Assembly: GCF_001194135.2 (NCBI RefSeq)
Contig: NC_068981.1
Span: forward strand, 190,030,193-190,094,044
DNA from: Octopus bimaculoides
Lineage: Eukaryota
Length of the DNA stretch: 63,852 bases
Direction of reading: 5' to 3'
In this document: in pieces, positions 13,523 to 25,700 of the stretch
Numbering within the stretch: the stretch's first letter is position 1
Layout: the number at the start of each line of letters is the position of its first letter
Position numbers and translations under genes: made by a program
The notes under the pieces: generated by a model
Told to the model about the DNA's origin: nothing
What the model saw: only the letters and a program-made list of their open reading frames with translations
Database searches by the model: none

Positions 13523-13655
13523 TTGTGTGTCTTTGTTTGTCCCCCGACCATCGCTTGACAACCAATGCTACTGTGTTTACGATTTGCTCGACCAAAGGCG
13601 GTGCTCCAGCATGGCCGCAGTGAAATGACTGAAACAAGTAAAAGAATAAAAGAAT
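13417..13655 (+). mobile_element. SINE family A, partial
   Basis: CORE-like segment and tail matching 960-1250, with an internal deletion. Confidence 0.8.
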
Positions 13656-13799
13656 GTAAATATATATTATATATTTTTATACATATGTATGTATTGACAT
13701 ATGCGTGTGTATATATATATANNNNNNNNNNNNNNNNNNNNNNNNNNNNNNNNNNNNNNNNNNNNNNNTATATATGTGTGTGTGCGTGTGTGTGTGTGT

Positions 13800-14370
13800 G
13801 ATGCCGGACGCTGCGGCCGAAGAGCGTTCAGGTCTTGCCGAACGACCTGCTCAAATGACTTGTTTCTAGTGATCAAATGTTCTTATTTCTTTATTACCCA
13901 CAAGGGGCTAAACATAGAGGGGTCAAACAAGGACAAACAAAGGGATTAAATCGATTGAATCGACCCCAGTGCGTAAATGGTATTTTAATTTATCGACCCC
14001 GAAAGGATGAAAGGCATAGTCGACCTTGGCGGAATTTGAACTCAGAACGTAACGGCAGACGAAATACCGCTAAGCANNNNNNNNNNACTCAGAACGTAAC
14101 GGCAGACGAAATACCGCTAAGCATTTCGCCCGGTGTGCTAACGTTTCTGCCAGCTCGCCGCCTTATGATCAAATGTTCGTGCCGTACACTCTCTTCATCA
14201 AATTGACGTTGTCTGAATAGGGGCACAGTGTGCCACGCGTCAGGTGTCGAAGTAATCGCAGAGGTACGTGAGATGAAGGTTCTTGGTTCAGTGGTTAGAG
14301 TGTCGGGCTCACAATCATGAGGTATTGAGTTCGATTCCCGGACCGGGCTGTGAGTTGTGTTCTTGAGCAA
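13800..14370 (-). mobile_element. tRNA-derived SINE (family E) with inverted 5' head, interrupted by SINE B
   Basis: Body 13800-14279 is the reverse complement of the body at 61380-61540, while the head 14280-14370 lies on the + strand like 61285-61372. Confidence 0.7.
13883..14165 (-). mobile_element. SINE family B (Meta-domain-like) with 13-bp TSD
   Basis: Matches 37990-38223; TSD TGATCAAATGTTC at 13870-13882 and 14166-14178; the short internal gap with duplicated sequence is probably an assembly overlap. Confidence 0.85.
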
Positions 14371-14399
14371 TATATGGTCTTTTTAAGCTTCACATAACT

Positions 14400-14990
14400 G
14401 TATACTTGTTTTATTTTATATTTCCAGCAGAACGGGCTTTTTATTCATCTCAGTCCCTTGTTCCCATTGGTTGATAAATGGTACTGATCTTTTTTTATCT
14501 GGACTTTACCCGTAACTGTTTCTTTCATCGGTTGGTTTTTAGCGTCTTTTGTAATGTTTATTTAGTTGTCTATATTTTTAAGGTTTACGTCCTATCGTCA
14601 CATAATTTTTATGGTTTCTAGCATCTTTATTATGTAAATGTAGTTTTTGTGTTAAACATATTCACCAAAATGAATATTTGTCATTTTAATAACACAGGGG
14701 TTTGTTCTTCGGTTCGTTGGGTGTATTTCCTTTTTTTTTTCAAATTCATTTGCCTTTATTAAAACGATTATATATTGTTTTCATATCAAAATGATTATTT
14801 AATTCGGTTCGTTGAACACATTTCCTGTTTTTCAGTTTCATTATTGTCTGGTTGGTGATTTCCTTTGATATGGTTTTCAATGGTCTATCAAAAAGGATTG
14901 TTTTTGCGGTTCGTCTGTGACGCAATCGTTTAGTCAAATGGATGTCATTTAATTTTTACGGTCTAGTAGTTCTTTTTGTTTCGGATGGGT
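14400..14990 (-). repeat. Old unclassified interspersed repeat (homologous to 9540-10080)
   Basis: See 9540-10080; diverged but collinear over about 500 bp. Confidence 0.6.
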
Positions 14991-15429
14991 GGTTTGCTGT
15001 GTATTTCTTTTTATATGTACATACGTGTGTATATGTGTAAAAATGTTTATGCGTGTGAGTTGTTTTTACATACACGGTTTGAATTCGCTGTTTAGGATTC
15101 GAGTCCTGTAATTGCTTTATATATATATATATATATATTCCTGTTCGTTAATAATGTTTAATTAATTTATGTATTAGCGTGTACATGTAAGGGGTGATTG
15201 GTGAGTCTATGAACTTAGCCGCGCTAATTTTCTCGGATTTTTATGGTCAATATCAAGATTACTACTCTGAAGATTGGAACAGCATGTATCGCCAGAGAAT
15301 GACCACTTGAATAAAAGAAACATCAACGGAAAAGCACTTAGATAAAAAATGACCCAAGATATATTGAATAGCTGCGGGGCTTGTTATATTTTCACATTCC
15401 TGTTGCAAAAACTTCAGTCAGCAAAAATT

Positions 15430-15465
<36 letters not shown>

Positions 15466-15486
15466 ATGCGCGTGTGTGCATGTGTA

Positions 15487-15538
<52 letters not shown>

Positions 15539-15620
15539 TAGATAGATAGATAGATAGATAGATATCAATATATTATTATTATTATTATTACTGTTGTTGT
15601 TGTTGTTGTTCTTATGGTCT

Positions 15621-15682
<62 letters not shown>

Positions 15683-17429
15683 ATTTATTGGTGAGACAGA
15701 ACAGAAAGAAAGAAAGAAAATCAGACAGACGACCAGAAACGTGAGCAAGTAATAGAAACAAAAACAAAAACATTTCAAGTATTTAAAAGAAACAATAAAT
15801 GAGGAAGATTACTTTGAAGATGTTACTCAAACAATGGTATAGCTAAAACAATATTTATAAGAATGGAAAATATCTTTACCTGAAAAACCCATTACACTAT
15901 AACTAGAATACAGACAAAATACGTAACACTCTGCCTACAATTGAAATTCCAATAAAGCAACGTTCGCTGCCATACTGACTGAAATAACTGCTTGAATTTC
16001 ACAGGTCTTTTTTCATATTCTATAAATCTAATGTATGTACCTATATATATNNNNNNNNNNNNNNNNNNNNNNNNNNNNNNNNNNNNNNNNNNNNNNNNNN
16101 NNNNNNNNNNNNNNNNNNNNNNNNNNNNNNNNNNNNNNNNNNNNNNNNNNNNNNNNNNNNNNNNNNNNNNNNNNNNNNNNNNNNNNNNNNNNNNNNNNNN
16201 NNNNNNNNNNNNNNNNNNNNNNNNNNNNNNNNNNNNNNNNNNNNNNNNNNNNNNNNNNNNNNNNNNNNNNNNNNNNNNNNNNNNNNNNTATATCATAAAG
16301 TAAAGTTGTGGAATACCGTACGAGTGGAAATATATATGAAAGAAGGTTTGAAAATGCACTTATTTTAAAGATATTTATTTACTTAACCGGTTTCACTTTT
16401 TTAGAAAAAGATTATCAAAAGTCTTTGAGAATAATAGAAAATGTTAAAAAACAGTTTGAGTATTAAAATGCATATATACATTCTTTGATGATAATAAGAG
16501 GAATATATTTAAAGTATAAAGCTTTGTATGAGCTTTGTATATATAATGCAGAATGGGACAAGAACGCAAAACATCAAGAGAGTTAGGTGATACAAGAAAG
16601 AGACAAAACATCCAGATATACGATACAAAGAAAACACGGACGTTCATTCGGAGTTTTCTCTCTTCAGTCGAGATCCAGATTATCTTTGCGATTTCGGCTG
16701 GTTATTCTCGATATAGTAAAATAGTCAAAAGGAAGAGTAATTACGGTTAGGCAGCTTTTTAATCGCTACAAATGTTTCGATGCATACAGATCCTCGTATA
16801 TACAGGATTTAAAGTTGAGTTTAAATTAAATTATGTAACGATTTACTTATATAAGAAGATATATATGTATCTCCCTAGGTGATGCTCAGTTGCTGTCTCC
16901 GTAAGTAAATCTAGATTTCCATGCTACAACATCAATGGCCTCTTCTTTGAAACTAACAAACGCTGAGGTGAATGAGCTCTATTTGTACTCTTAAACGTTC
17001 TTCACAGAACACACCTCAACTGACTATATATATATATATATNNNNNNNNNNNNNNNNNNNNNNNNNNNNNNNNNNNNNNNNNNNNNNNNNNNNNNNNNNN
17101 NNNNNNNNNNNNNNNNNNNNNNNNNNNNNNNNNNNNNNNNNNNNNNNNNNNNNNNNNNNNNNNNNNNNNNNNNNNNNNNNNNNNNNNNNNNNNNNNNNNN
17201 NNNNNNNNNNNNNNNNNNNNNNNNNNNNNNNNNNNNNNNNNNNNNNNNNNNNNNNNNNNNNNNNNNNNNNNNNNNNNNNNNNNNNNNNNNNNNNNNNNNN
17301 NNNNNNNNNNNNNNNNNNNNNNNNNNNNNNNNNNNNNNNTTCAAATACAAGGGGCATTTTCCTTGTTTCTGCCTGTTTCTGTCTTTCTTGTTTACTCTTG
17401 TGGGTTCGAGGTCGTTGTGAATTCTTGGT

Positions 17430-17910
17430 GGAGAAAAAGAAGAAGAAGAAGAAGAAGAAGAAGGAGGAGGAGGAGGAGGAGAAGAAGAAGAAGAAGGAGA
17501 AGGAGAAGGAGAAGAAGAAGAAAAAGAAGAAGAAGGAGAAGAAGAAGGAGAAGAAGATGGAGGAGAAGAAGAAGAAGAAGGAGGAGAAGAAGAAGAAGAA
17601 GGAGAAGAAGAAGAAGAAGAAGAAGAAGAAGAAGAAGAAGAAGGAGGAGGAGGAGGAGGAGAAGAAGAAGAAGAAGAAGGAGAAGAAGAAGAAGAAGAAG
17701 AAGAAGAAGAAGAAGAAGAAGAAGAAAAAGAAGAAGAAGAAGAAGAAGAAGAAGAAGAAGAAGAAGAAGGAGGAGAAGAAGGAGAAGGAGGAGAAGAAGG
17801 AGAAGGAGGAGGAGAAGAAGAAGAAGAAGAAGAAGGAGAAGAAGAAGGAGGAGGAGAAGAAGAAGAAGAAGAAGAAGAAGAAGAAGAAGAAGAAGAAGAA
17901 GAAGAAAAGA
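17430..17910. repeat. Long (GAA)n/(GGA)n polypurine microsatellite
   Basis: About 480 nt of nearly pure A/G; source of the poly-K/R/F/S ORFs. Confidence 0.95.
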
Positions 17911-18050
17911 ATGTGAGAGTGCTGTGATAGTAGTAGTGGGATGTTAAATATATATATGCATATATATATATATATATATACATACATACATGCATATATG
18001 AGGAGTAGATAGACAGCCGACAACAGACGAAGGGTTATTCTTTATGTTAC

Positions 18051-18137
18051 CTGATCCTGTTTTCCATTTGTTTCTCTCTCTGTTTGCGTATTGAGCTCAT
18101 TTGCTTGCGTATTTCATGTTTACTGTTTGCTGACGTC
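18051..18137 (-). CDS. Candidate symmetric (phase 2-2) exon TSANSKHEIRKQMSSIRKQREKQMENRI
   Basis: 87 nt, good donor CAG|gtaaca, weak acceptor, only one frame open, helical charged composition. Confidence 0.3.
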
Positions 18138-18163
18138 CTGTACCCATATATGCATGTATATAT

Positions 18164-18201
<38 letters not shown>

Positions 18202-18301
18202 ACATACATACACATATATGTATATACATATATGCATGCATATATATATATTATTTATATTATTATTTGATTGAACGCCACGCATCCATTTCCAAGTTTA
18301 T

Positions 18302-18355
<54 letters not shown>

Positions 18356-18769
18356 TTCGTAGTCCTGAATAGGACCCTCGGATTTACCAAGCGAGAATAG
18401 TTACCTGAGTCTAGCAACTTATTGTTAACATTTGTATTACTAAAGGACCGTTGTGGTTAGCCAGCATCTCAAACTGATTTAAGAGGAAACACGGTAACTG
18501 CCAGGGTTATATATCGCTTTAAACTCATTTTTGGAAATATGAAATCTTTGAACCTTTTGAACTCTCTGACTTTTCATACTCAGTACGTCATTGCTTTGCC
18601 TTTTTCTTTCCTTTTCTTCTTTTTTCTTCCTTCTCTTCTTCTTTTTCTTCTCTTCAAGACTTTTGAACTTTTCGAACTTTCAAACTCCGTACGTTATCAC
18701 TTTGCCTTTCGTTCCCCCTTTTCTCCTTTTAATCATTTGTCACGCTTGACAGCTAAATGAACAAGTTTT

Positions 18770-18930
18770 ATTTTTATCCTCTCTCTGTTTATTTTCTCTT
18801 ATTCTTTCCTGTTGAAGGGAGTAGGCTCGAAATGTAAAAGACGTTTTCACTTTCCCGAGCGTCAAACTAATACACTTCCTTGTTGTTCATAGACTTGTCT
18901 TCGTCGTTTGTTTTCTATAAACTTCAACTA
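18770..18930 (+). mobile_element. Hammerhead-bearing repeat family H1 (Penelope pLTR-like), copy 1
   Basis: CTGTTGA-A-GGGAGTAGGCTC-GAA-ATGT-A-AAAGA at 18809-18841; downstream about 100 bp homologous to 56460-56585 and 60060-60160. Confidence 0.65.
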
Positions 18931-18959
18931 TAAACGTACATAAACGTATATAAAAAATA

Positions 18960-19556
18960 AAACATCTTTTATCGTTTACTTGTTTCAGTCATTAATCTGC
19001 GCCCATGCTGGAGCACCGTCTTAAAGAATTTTACTTAAACGAATCAACCCCAATATTTATTTATATTTTTTTAAAGCCGGGAAATAATTCCCTCGGTATC
19101 TTTGGCCGAACTGCTAAGTTACGGGGATGTAAACACACCAACACCTGTTGTCAAGCGATGTTGGGGACAAACACAAACACACACACACACACACACGCTC
19201 TCAGTTTCCGTTAACCATTTCCACGCACAAAATTTTGGTCTGCTCGAGGCTATAGTAGAAAACTGAATCGGAAATCTTGTGGTCGGGAATCAAACTTCTT
19301 ATTTCTTTATTGCCCACAAGGGGCTAAACATAGAGGAGACAGACAAGGACAGACAAACGGATTAAGTCGATTATATCGACCCCAGTGCGTAACTGGTATT
19401 ATTTAATCGACCCCGAAAGGATGAAAGCAAAGTCGACCTCGGCGGAATTTAAACTAAGAACGTAATGGCAGACGAAATACCGCTAAGCATTTCGCCCGGC
19501 GTGCTAACGATTCTGCCAGCTCGCAAAATTCTTACCACACAGCCACATCTACACCT
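18960..19556 (-). mobile_element. SINE family A with nested SINE B (19301-19524)
   Basis: The SINE A head is split by a SINE B copy flanked by near-TSD aaacttctt / aaaattctt. Confidence 0.8.
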
Positions 19557-20243
19557 ATAGAAATAAGTCACAAAAACCAAATGGTTACATAAATACTAAT
19601 GACAACAAAATATTAATGACAACAAAATATCTACAAGTAGCTTGCAGTAAAACCAGCTACTGTAACCAAAAGATCTTCTTTATGGCGAAGATGCTTTAAA
19701 GGATTTTAATTAATTCCGCCTGTTAGAAATAAATTTCAAGTTAAAAGTTAAATATTTAATCATGCATTGGTGATGTTCTAATCAATAATTAATAACAAAC
19801 TTAACTAATAATCAATAATAATCGTAATCCAATAACCAATAACAGCTATAAAAATATTCACGTTTATATTTTTAGTGGATCTCAATATAGAAACGAAAAT
19901 TTCGTTTTTAGTTCATTATAGATTTTGCAAACCACAATCAAGTCACTAATCTGGGGTAGAAACAGTTTCTTCAGAAAATAGTTTGAAGACACGTCTGCAT
20001 CTAACCATTATCCTGATCGTTAATTATTTTTATACGATACCAATTTCTTATCCCAAGTAACAAAAGGTTCGAAAAACCGCTTCTTTTTTTCTTGCATATT
20101 TTGTGTGTGTGTGGGGGGGGTATTAGAAGCACTTTTTGTTTACTTGCCGTTGGTAGTATACAATATTAAATATTGGGAACATATTTACCTGTTTCCAATT
20201 TGGATAAGAATACAGGAAGTTACATGCTTGCAAATATATATAG

Positions 20244-20720
20244 TCGCAGGAGTGGCTTTGTGGTAAGTAGCTTGCTTCCCAACCTCATGGTTCCTGGTTC
20301 GGTCCCACTGCGTGGAACCTTCGCCAAGTATCATCTACTATAGCCCCGGGCCGACCAAACACTTGTGATTAGATTTGGTCGACGGAAACTGAAAGAAGCC
20401 CGTTGTGTATATATGTGTGTGTACGTGTGTGTGTGTCTTTGTGTGTGTGTATGTATGTATCTATATATATGTATATATATATGTGTGTGTGTGTGTATGT
20501 GTGTGCGTGTGTGTGTGTGTTTGTGTTTGTCCCCCAAACCATGGCTTGACAACTGATGTTGGTGTGTTTACGTCCCCGTAACTTAGCGGTTCGATCAAAG
20601 CTACCGATAGATTAAGCACTAGGCTTACAAAGAATAAGTCCTGGGGGTGATTTGTTCGACTAAAGGCAGTGCTTCAGCATGGCCGCAGTCAAATGACTGA
20701 AACAAATAAAAGAATAAAAT
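20244..20720 (+). mobile_element. SINE family A, full length
   Basis: Collinear with 858-1250. Confidence 0.85.
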
Positions 20721-20730
20721 AATGAATTTT

Positions 20731-20768
<38 letters not shown>

Positions 20769-20789
20769 TCTCTTTTTTTTTACTCTTTT

Positions 20790-21160
20790 TTACTTGTTTC
20801 ATTCATGTGACTGCGGCCATGCTGGAGCACCGCCTTTAGTTGAGCAACTCGAGCCCAGGACTTATTCTTTGTAAGCCTAGTACTCATTCTATCAGTCCCT
20901 TTTGCCGAACCGCTAAGTTACAGGGACGTAAACACACCAGCATCGGTTGTCAAGCGATGTGGGGGGGGGGACAAACACAGACACACAAACATATAAAAAC
21001 ACATACAAATACATATATGTACATATATACGACGTGCTTCTTTCAGTTTCCGTCTACCAAATCCACTCACAAGGCTTTGGTCGAAGACACTTGCCCAAGG
21101 TGCCACGCAGTGGGACTGAACCCGGGAACATGTGGTTGGTAATCAAGCTACTTACCACAC
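20790..21160 (-). mobile_element. SINE family A, full length, tail-to-tail with the preceding copy
   Basis: Reverse complement of family A; separated from 20244-20720 by about 70 nt of (TA)n/T-rich sequence. Confidence 0.85.
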
Positions 21161-21342
21161 ACACATATATATATATATATACATACGGATATGTATAGGT
21201 ATCAGTTAGAGGGGTTTAATACCTCTAAGGGATAAATAAATTCAAAGTCGCTCCTGGTTATTACCTGGGTAGGTACAGTCTTTTGTAAAGTTGTACACTA
21301 GCAGGTGGTTCGGTTGGTAGACCGTAGTTTAGATTATATAGG

Positions 21343-21527
21343 AGAAGAAAATGGATGTAATAACAATGGGGAACTCATCATTTTCACTGGTATGCCTTTA
21401 ATTTAATTAGATAACAAAGAAGAAAAAAGCAGAGAAGCTGCTTCTTCCTTCTTTGTTATCTAATTAAATTAAAGGCATACCAGCGATAACTACGAGTTTC
21501 CCATTGTTATTACATCCATTTTCTTCT
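21343..21527. repeat. Near-perfect long hairpin (about 90-bp arms, 5-nt loop)
   Basis: 36-bp perfect stem 21387-21422/21448-21483 and 28-bp perfect stem 21343-21370/21500-21527; loop agaag. Confidence 0.9.
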
Positions 21528-22779
21528 ATATATACGTATATGTATATGCGCAAAACAAATGCTACCACAATTTATAATCTTTCCTTTTTATCAATGTGCC
21601 ATTAAAACACCAACACAGATTAGATTAAATAAGGAAACCTTTTTCATTCAAAAATACAAACCCAAACTTAACCATTGCTAACACATTTAAATAAGGAAAT
21701 TCATCACCCCACTGGGAAAAAAAGGGGGGGGGGGGAATATAGAACAAAACCATGGTAAATTAATCAAATTCTACCACCTCCTAGATTTCGATTATCTCCC
21801 CTATACCGGAAGAAATCCCTAATTACCTCCCCTATCTAGAACTCTTCTTTCTCAGACTGGAACGAACACGACACAATGAAGTAGAGAAATTTGAAAAGAC
21901 AACACGAAACCNNNNNNNNNNNNNNNNNNNNNNNNNNNNNNNNNNNNNNNNNNNNNNNNNNNNNNNNNNNNNNNNNNNNNNNNNNNNNNNNNNNNNNNNN
22001 NNNNNNNNNNNNNNNNNNNNNNNNNNNNNNNNNNNNNNNNNNNNNNNNNNNNNNNNNNNNNNNNNNNNNNNNNNNNNNNNNNNNNNNNNNNNNNNNNNNN
22101 NNNNNNNNNNNNNNNNNNNNNNNNNNNNNNNNNNNNNNNNNNNNNNNNNNNNNNNNNNNNNNNNNNNNNNNNNNNNNNNNNNNNNNNNNNNNNNNNNNNN
22201 NNNNNNNNNNNNNNNNNNNNNNNNNNNNNNNNNNNNNNNNNNNNNNNNNNNNNNNNNNNNNNNNNNNNNNNNNNNNNNNNNNNNNNNNNNNNNNNNNNNN
22301 NNNNNNNNNNNNNNNNNNNNNNNNNNNNNNNNNNNNNNNNNNNNNNNNNNNNNNNNNNNNNNNNNNNNNNNNNNNNNNNNNNNNNNNNNNNNNNNNNNNN
22401 NNNNNNNNNNNNNNNNNNNNNNNNNNNNNNNNNNNNNNNNNNNNNNNNNNNNNNNNNNNNNNNNNNNNNNNNNNNNNNNNNNNNNNNNNNNNNNNNNNNN
22501 NNNNNNNNNNNNNNNNNNNNNNNNNNNNNNNNNNNNNNNNNNNNNNNNNNNNNNNNNNNNNNNNNNNNNNNNNNNNNNNNNNNNNNNNNNNNNNNNNNNN
22601 NNNNNNNNNNNNNNNNNNNNNNNNNNNNNNNNNNNATAATATGCATTATGTATAGCAAGGGCACGGTATATCCTTTGCAACCACAATATGCTACCAAGTG
22701 TATTAAAAGTTTGTAAGTCAATACTGTGCCTTACTTTTGTAGTTTTCTCAGTTTTAAGTTTATTTTTGCAGAGCCGCTT

Positions 22780-23250
22780 GACTAGCTCCCGTGCCGGTAG
22801 TATATAAAAAGCACATCCGAACGTGGCCGATGCCAGTACTGCCTCACTGGCTCCCATGCCGGTAGCACATAAAAAGCACCATCTGAACGTGCCCGATGCC
22901 AGTACCCCCTGACTGGCTCCTGTGCCGGTAGCACATAAAAAAAGCACCATCCGAACGTGGCCGATGCCAGCCAGTGCCCCCTGACTGGCTCCCGTGTCGG
23001 TTGCACGTAAAAAGCACACTCCGAGCGTGGCCGATGCTAGGCCCGCCTGACTGATTCCTGTGCTGGTGGCACGTAAAAAGCACCGACTACACTCTCGAAG
23101 TGGTTGGTGTTAGGAAGGGCATCCAGCTATAGAAACATTGCCAGATGAGATTGGAGCCTGGTGCAGCCGCTGGCTTTCCAGACCTCAGTGAAACCATCCA
23201 ACCCATGCCAGCATAGTAAACGGACGTTAAACGATGATGATAATGATGAT
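22780..23250 (+). mobile_element. Interspersed repeat with RTE-like 3' tail and 4-5 internal ~65-72-bp subrepeats
   Basis: Units tgccggtagcacataaaaagcaccatccgaacgtggccgatgccag..ctgactggctcc, then a tail (ttaggaagggcatcc..acccatgccagcat..cggacgttaaacgatgatga) shared with 41321, 45340, 54860 and 61830. Confidence 0.75.
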
Positions 23251-24539
23251 GATTTAGGACCAGCTCTGAAATTTACGTTTCGTATACAAATAAGTCTATG
23301 TAAACAATGCGAGCGAAGATAGAAAAAAATTGGTAACGGGTGTATATGCATATTTCTAGAGTTATTGCTTTTTCATCAGTACTACATCCAACTCCTCAAC
23401 TACCCGCGAATGCATTGTATAAATACTCACTACGCTTAGCAACGAGATACAATTGGATAGACACATTTACAAATAGCACACATTCCTGGCGACTGATACG
23501 TGAATATTAATTGATAACGAGGGCACAGTTTTGCTAGCAAAACGAAATTATAACTTAATAATCATTCAACGTATATATACATCTTCTTTGGATATTGTGT
23601 GTGTGTGTTTATGTGTTTGTGTATATATACGCACACATTCATGGGTATATACACACATATATATACTGGCATTCATGCATATGAATATGTTTTTTTGCGT
23701 GTATGAATCTATGTATATGCAAGCGTATGTATGTGTACAAGAAAGAGTTTATTGGTATCATGTAATTTTGTATCTATACGTATCTACATGTGTCTTTAAT
23801 ATACATATCATTAACATTATTTTTGTCTGCAATATAAAATAGCTACCATCCTTTTAATAGATCTAAAAAATTTTTAACTCTATCATATGTCATATTCTAC
23901 AATTTGGATTAATTTTAGATATAAAATACTTCCATATTAGCTATTATTTAATGGAAATATTATATGTCGTATGAAAAAAGAATTATATATGCGTAATATA
24001 TTTGATATTTTCTTTTAAATATCATTTCATTAATAAAAAGAAATGTAACATTTAATTCCGACATTCTGGAATGTATTTCTGGTATAATTAAGTAATGTTT
24101 TATACAGAGACATTGGACAGGAAACCTAGCGATTGTAGTGGTGGTATTTATCATATTCAGTTTACAAAATTATATAGAATATTTTTGATTCTGCAGCAGT
24201 TGTTATTATTTTAACTCTAGAATTCCGTTCAAGATAAGAAGGTCATTGACATGATGGTATTAAATATGTATCTTTGGGTTAATCTTTGATAGGAGATTGT
24301 TAACTAATCTATTGGGATAAAGACTTGTAAAATATAGAATACGAGAACAATTAAGACACGATGAAAGAAACTTAGTTAAACGAGTATCTAAATAGTGATA
24401 AATTATTAGCTGTCTAATTATTCATCAAAAACGATTTATTCATTAAAAATTACAGTTTGTGATGACTAAGCGAGATGAAAAGTTGTACCAAAAATCGTAA
24501 CTTCACTTTACTATTTCACGCCATGAAGGCGGCGAATTA

Positions 24540-24830
24540 GTAAACTTTTTAGGGGACCAGCAAGAGTATCAGAAGGCATAAAGAGGAATATAAAGGAAAT
24601 CGGAATAGAGTGCCCAGTAGAATTGTTACAAAAGGCCGTGCCAACAAGGCACGGCCAGAATAACCAGGAAAATATTAGATAGCTGAAAAGAATATATAGC
24701 ATGGTACCGTAGGCTGCAGGTTGTAAGCCCGCTATATATGCAAGACACCAGGCGCTCCAACAAAACCTGTGATAAAGAGAAAATAGCAACAACAACAACA
24801 ACAACAAAAACAACATTAATAATACTAATA
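24540..24830 (+). mobile_element. Extreme 3' end of an RLE-type (R4/Dong-like) non-LTR element
   Basis: Frameshifted IKEIGIECPVELLQKA..TARI.RKILDS*, the typical terminal helix of restriction-like endonuclease ORFs, followed by a (CAA)n/(TAA)-like tail. Confidence 0.6.
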
Positions 24831-24974
24831 AGACAGTTCCAGCGAATAGTAGTTGTGAGACACGGTAGCAAGGAAAAGAAAGTTGAAGAAGGAACTCGTG
24901 AAAAAAGAAAGGAACTCTGTGAAAAGAAAAGGAAAGTAACTCTGTGAAAGGAAAAGAAAAAGAAAGGAACTCTT

Positions 24975-25700
24975 CATGTCCACTCCGCTAAAATGTTATA
25001 CGGACACCATTCTCTAGAAGATTCTTCTCTTTCAATCGAGAAGCCAACAGTTCAGCAGAATTTTTTGAGAGGTCCAAGTCACGAATTAGATCATTCATCT
25101 CTACCTGGGAGAATAACTGAGGTAAAGTCTCAATTGAAAAGTCTTTGATCTCTAGTGTCTTTTTCAGGTGATGAATCTTCTTTGGTTGGGGATAAAGTTG
25201 TCTGTGGCAAGACATTGAAGACAGGAACAGGAAGCTCTTCACTGTGTGGAACTGGTCTAATAGCAGAGGCAAAATTAGGATAGACAAAAGTGTTTGTCGA
25301 TTTTTCCGGTTAATACACTTCAAATTTTGGTTACAAAAATAGCAGTCGTCCACGTGATTATATCGCTCCCGCCATATCATTGGTTTTGCAAACTTCATAC
25401 TTTTCCTTGTCCTTTAGTTCATTGTTGCAAAATGTTCTGTACATTGTTTGCAGACACTATGCGGTGCCCAATATTGATCTTGGTCTCCCAGCTTGACCCC
25501 AAAATGTGCCATATATGCTCTTTCAACAAAATCAGTGATGTTTTTCCGATTTTCAGGTAATGTGTATTCTCCACAAACATAACAGAACACATTTGGAGAA
25601 TTAAGGCAACACTTTCTTGAAGCGGACATATTGCAATAATAAACATCTTCAGTTGTTTGAAACTGTAGTATCAAATGCGAATGTGTATGAAATATCAATG
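24975..25700 (-). mobile_element. Chapaev3-like (CMC) DNA transposase, N-terminal relic, frameshifted
   Basis: MSASRKCCLNSPNVFCYVCGEY..GVKLGDQDQYWAPHSVCKQC..PMIWRE..NHVDDCYFC zinc-finger signature, then FSQVEMNDLIRDLDLSK..AELLASRLKEKNLL. Superfamily assigned from memory of this motif. Confidence 0.65.

Noticed and set aside
14076-14110. Internal duplication within SINE B
   Set aside because: Straddles a 10-N gap; most likely overlapping contig ends.
16972-18023. Long poly-Lys/Arg/Phe/Ser ORFs of 194-335 aa
   Set aside because: Translation of a (GAA)n tract plus an N gap; not coding.
22790-23085. CRISPR-like array of recurring AAAAAGCAC motifs
   Set aside because: The whole ~65-72-bp unit is repeated, including the supposed spacers; part of a eukaryotic interspersed repeat; no cas genes.
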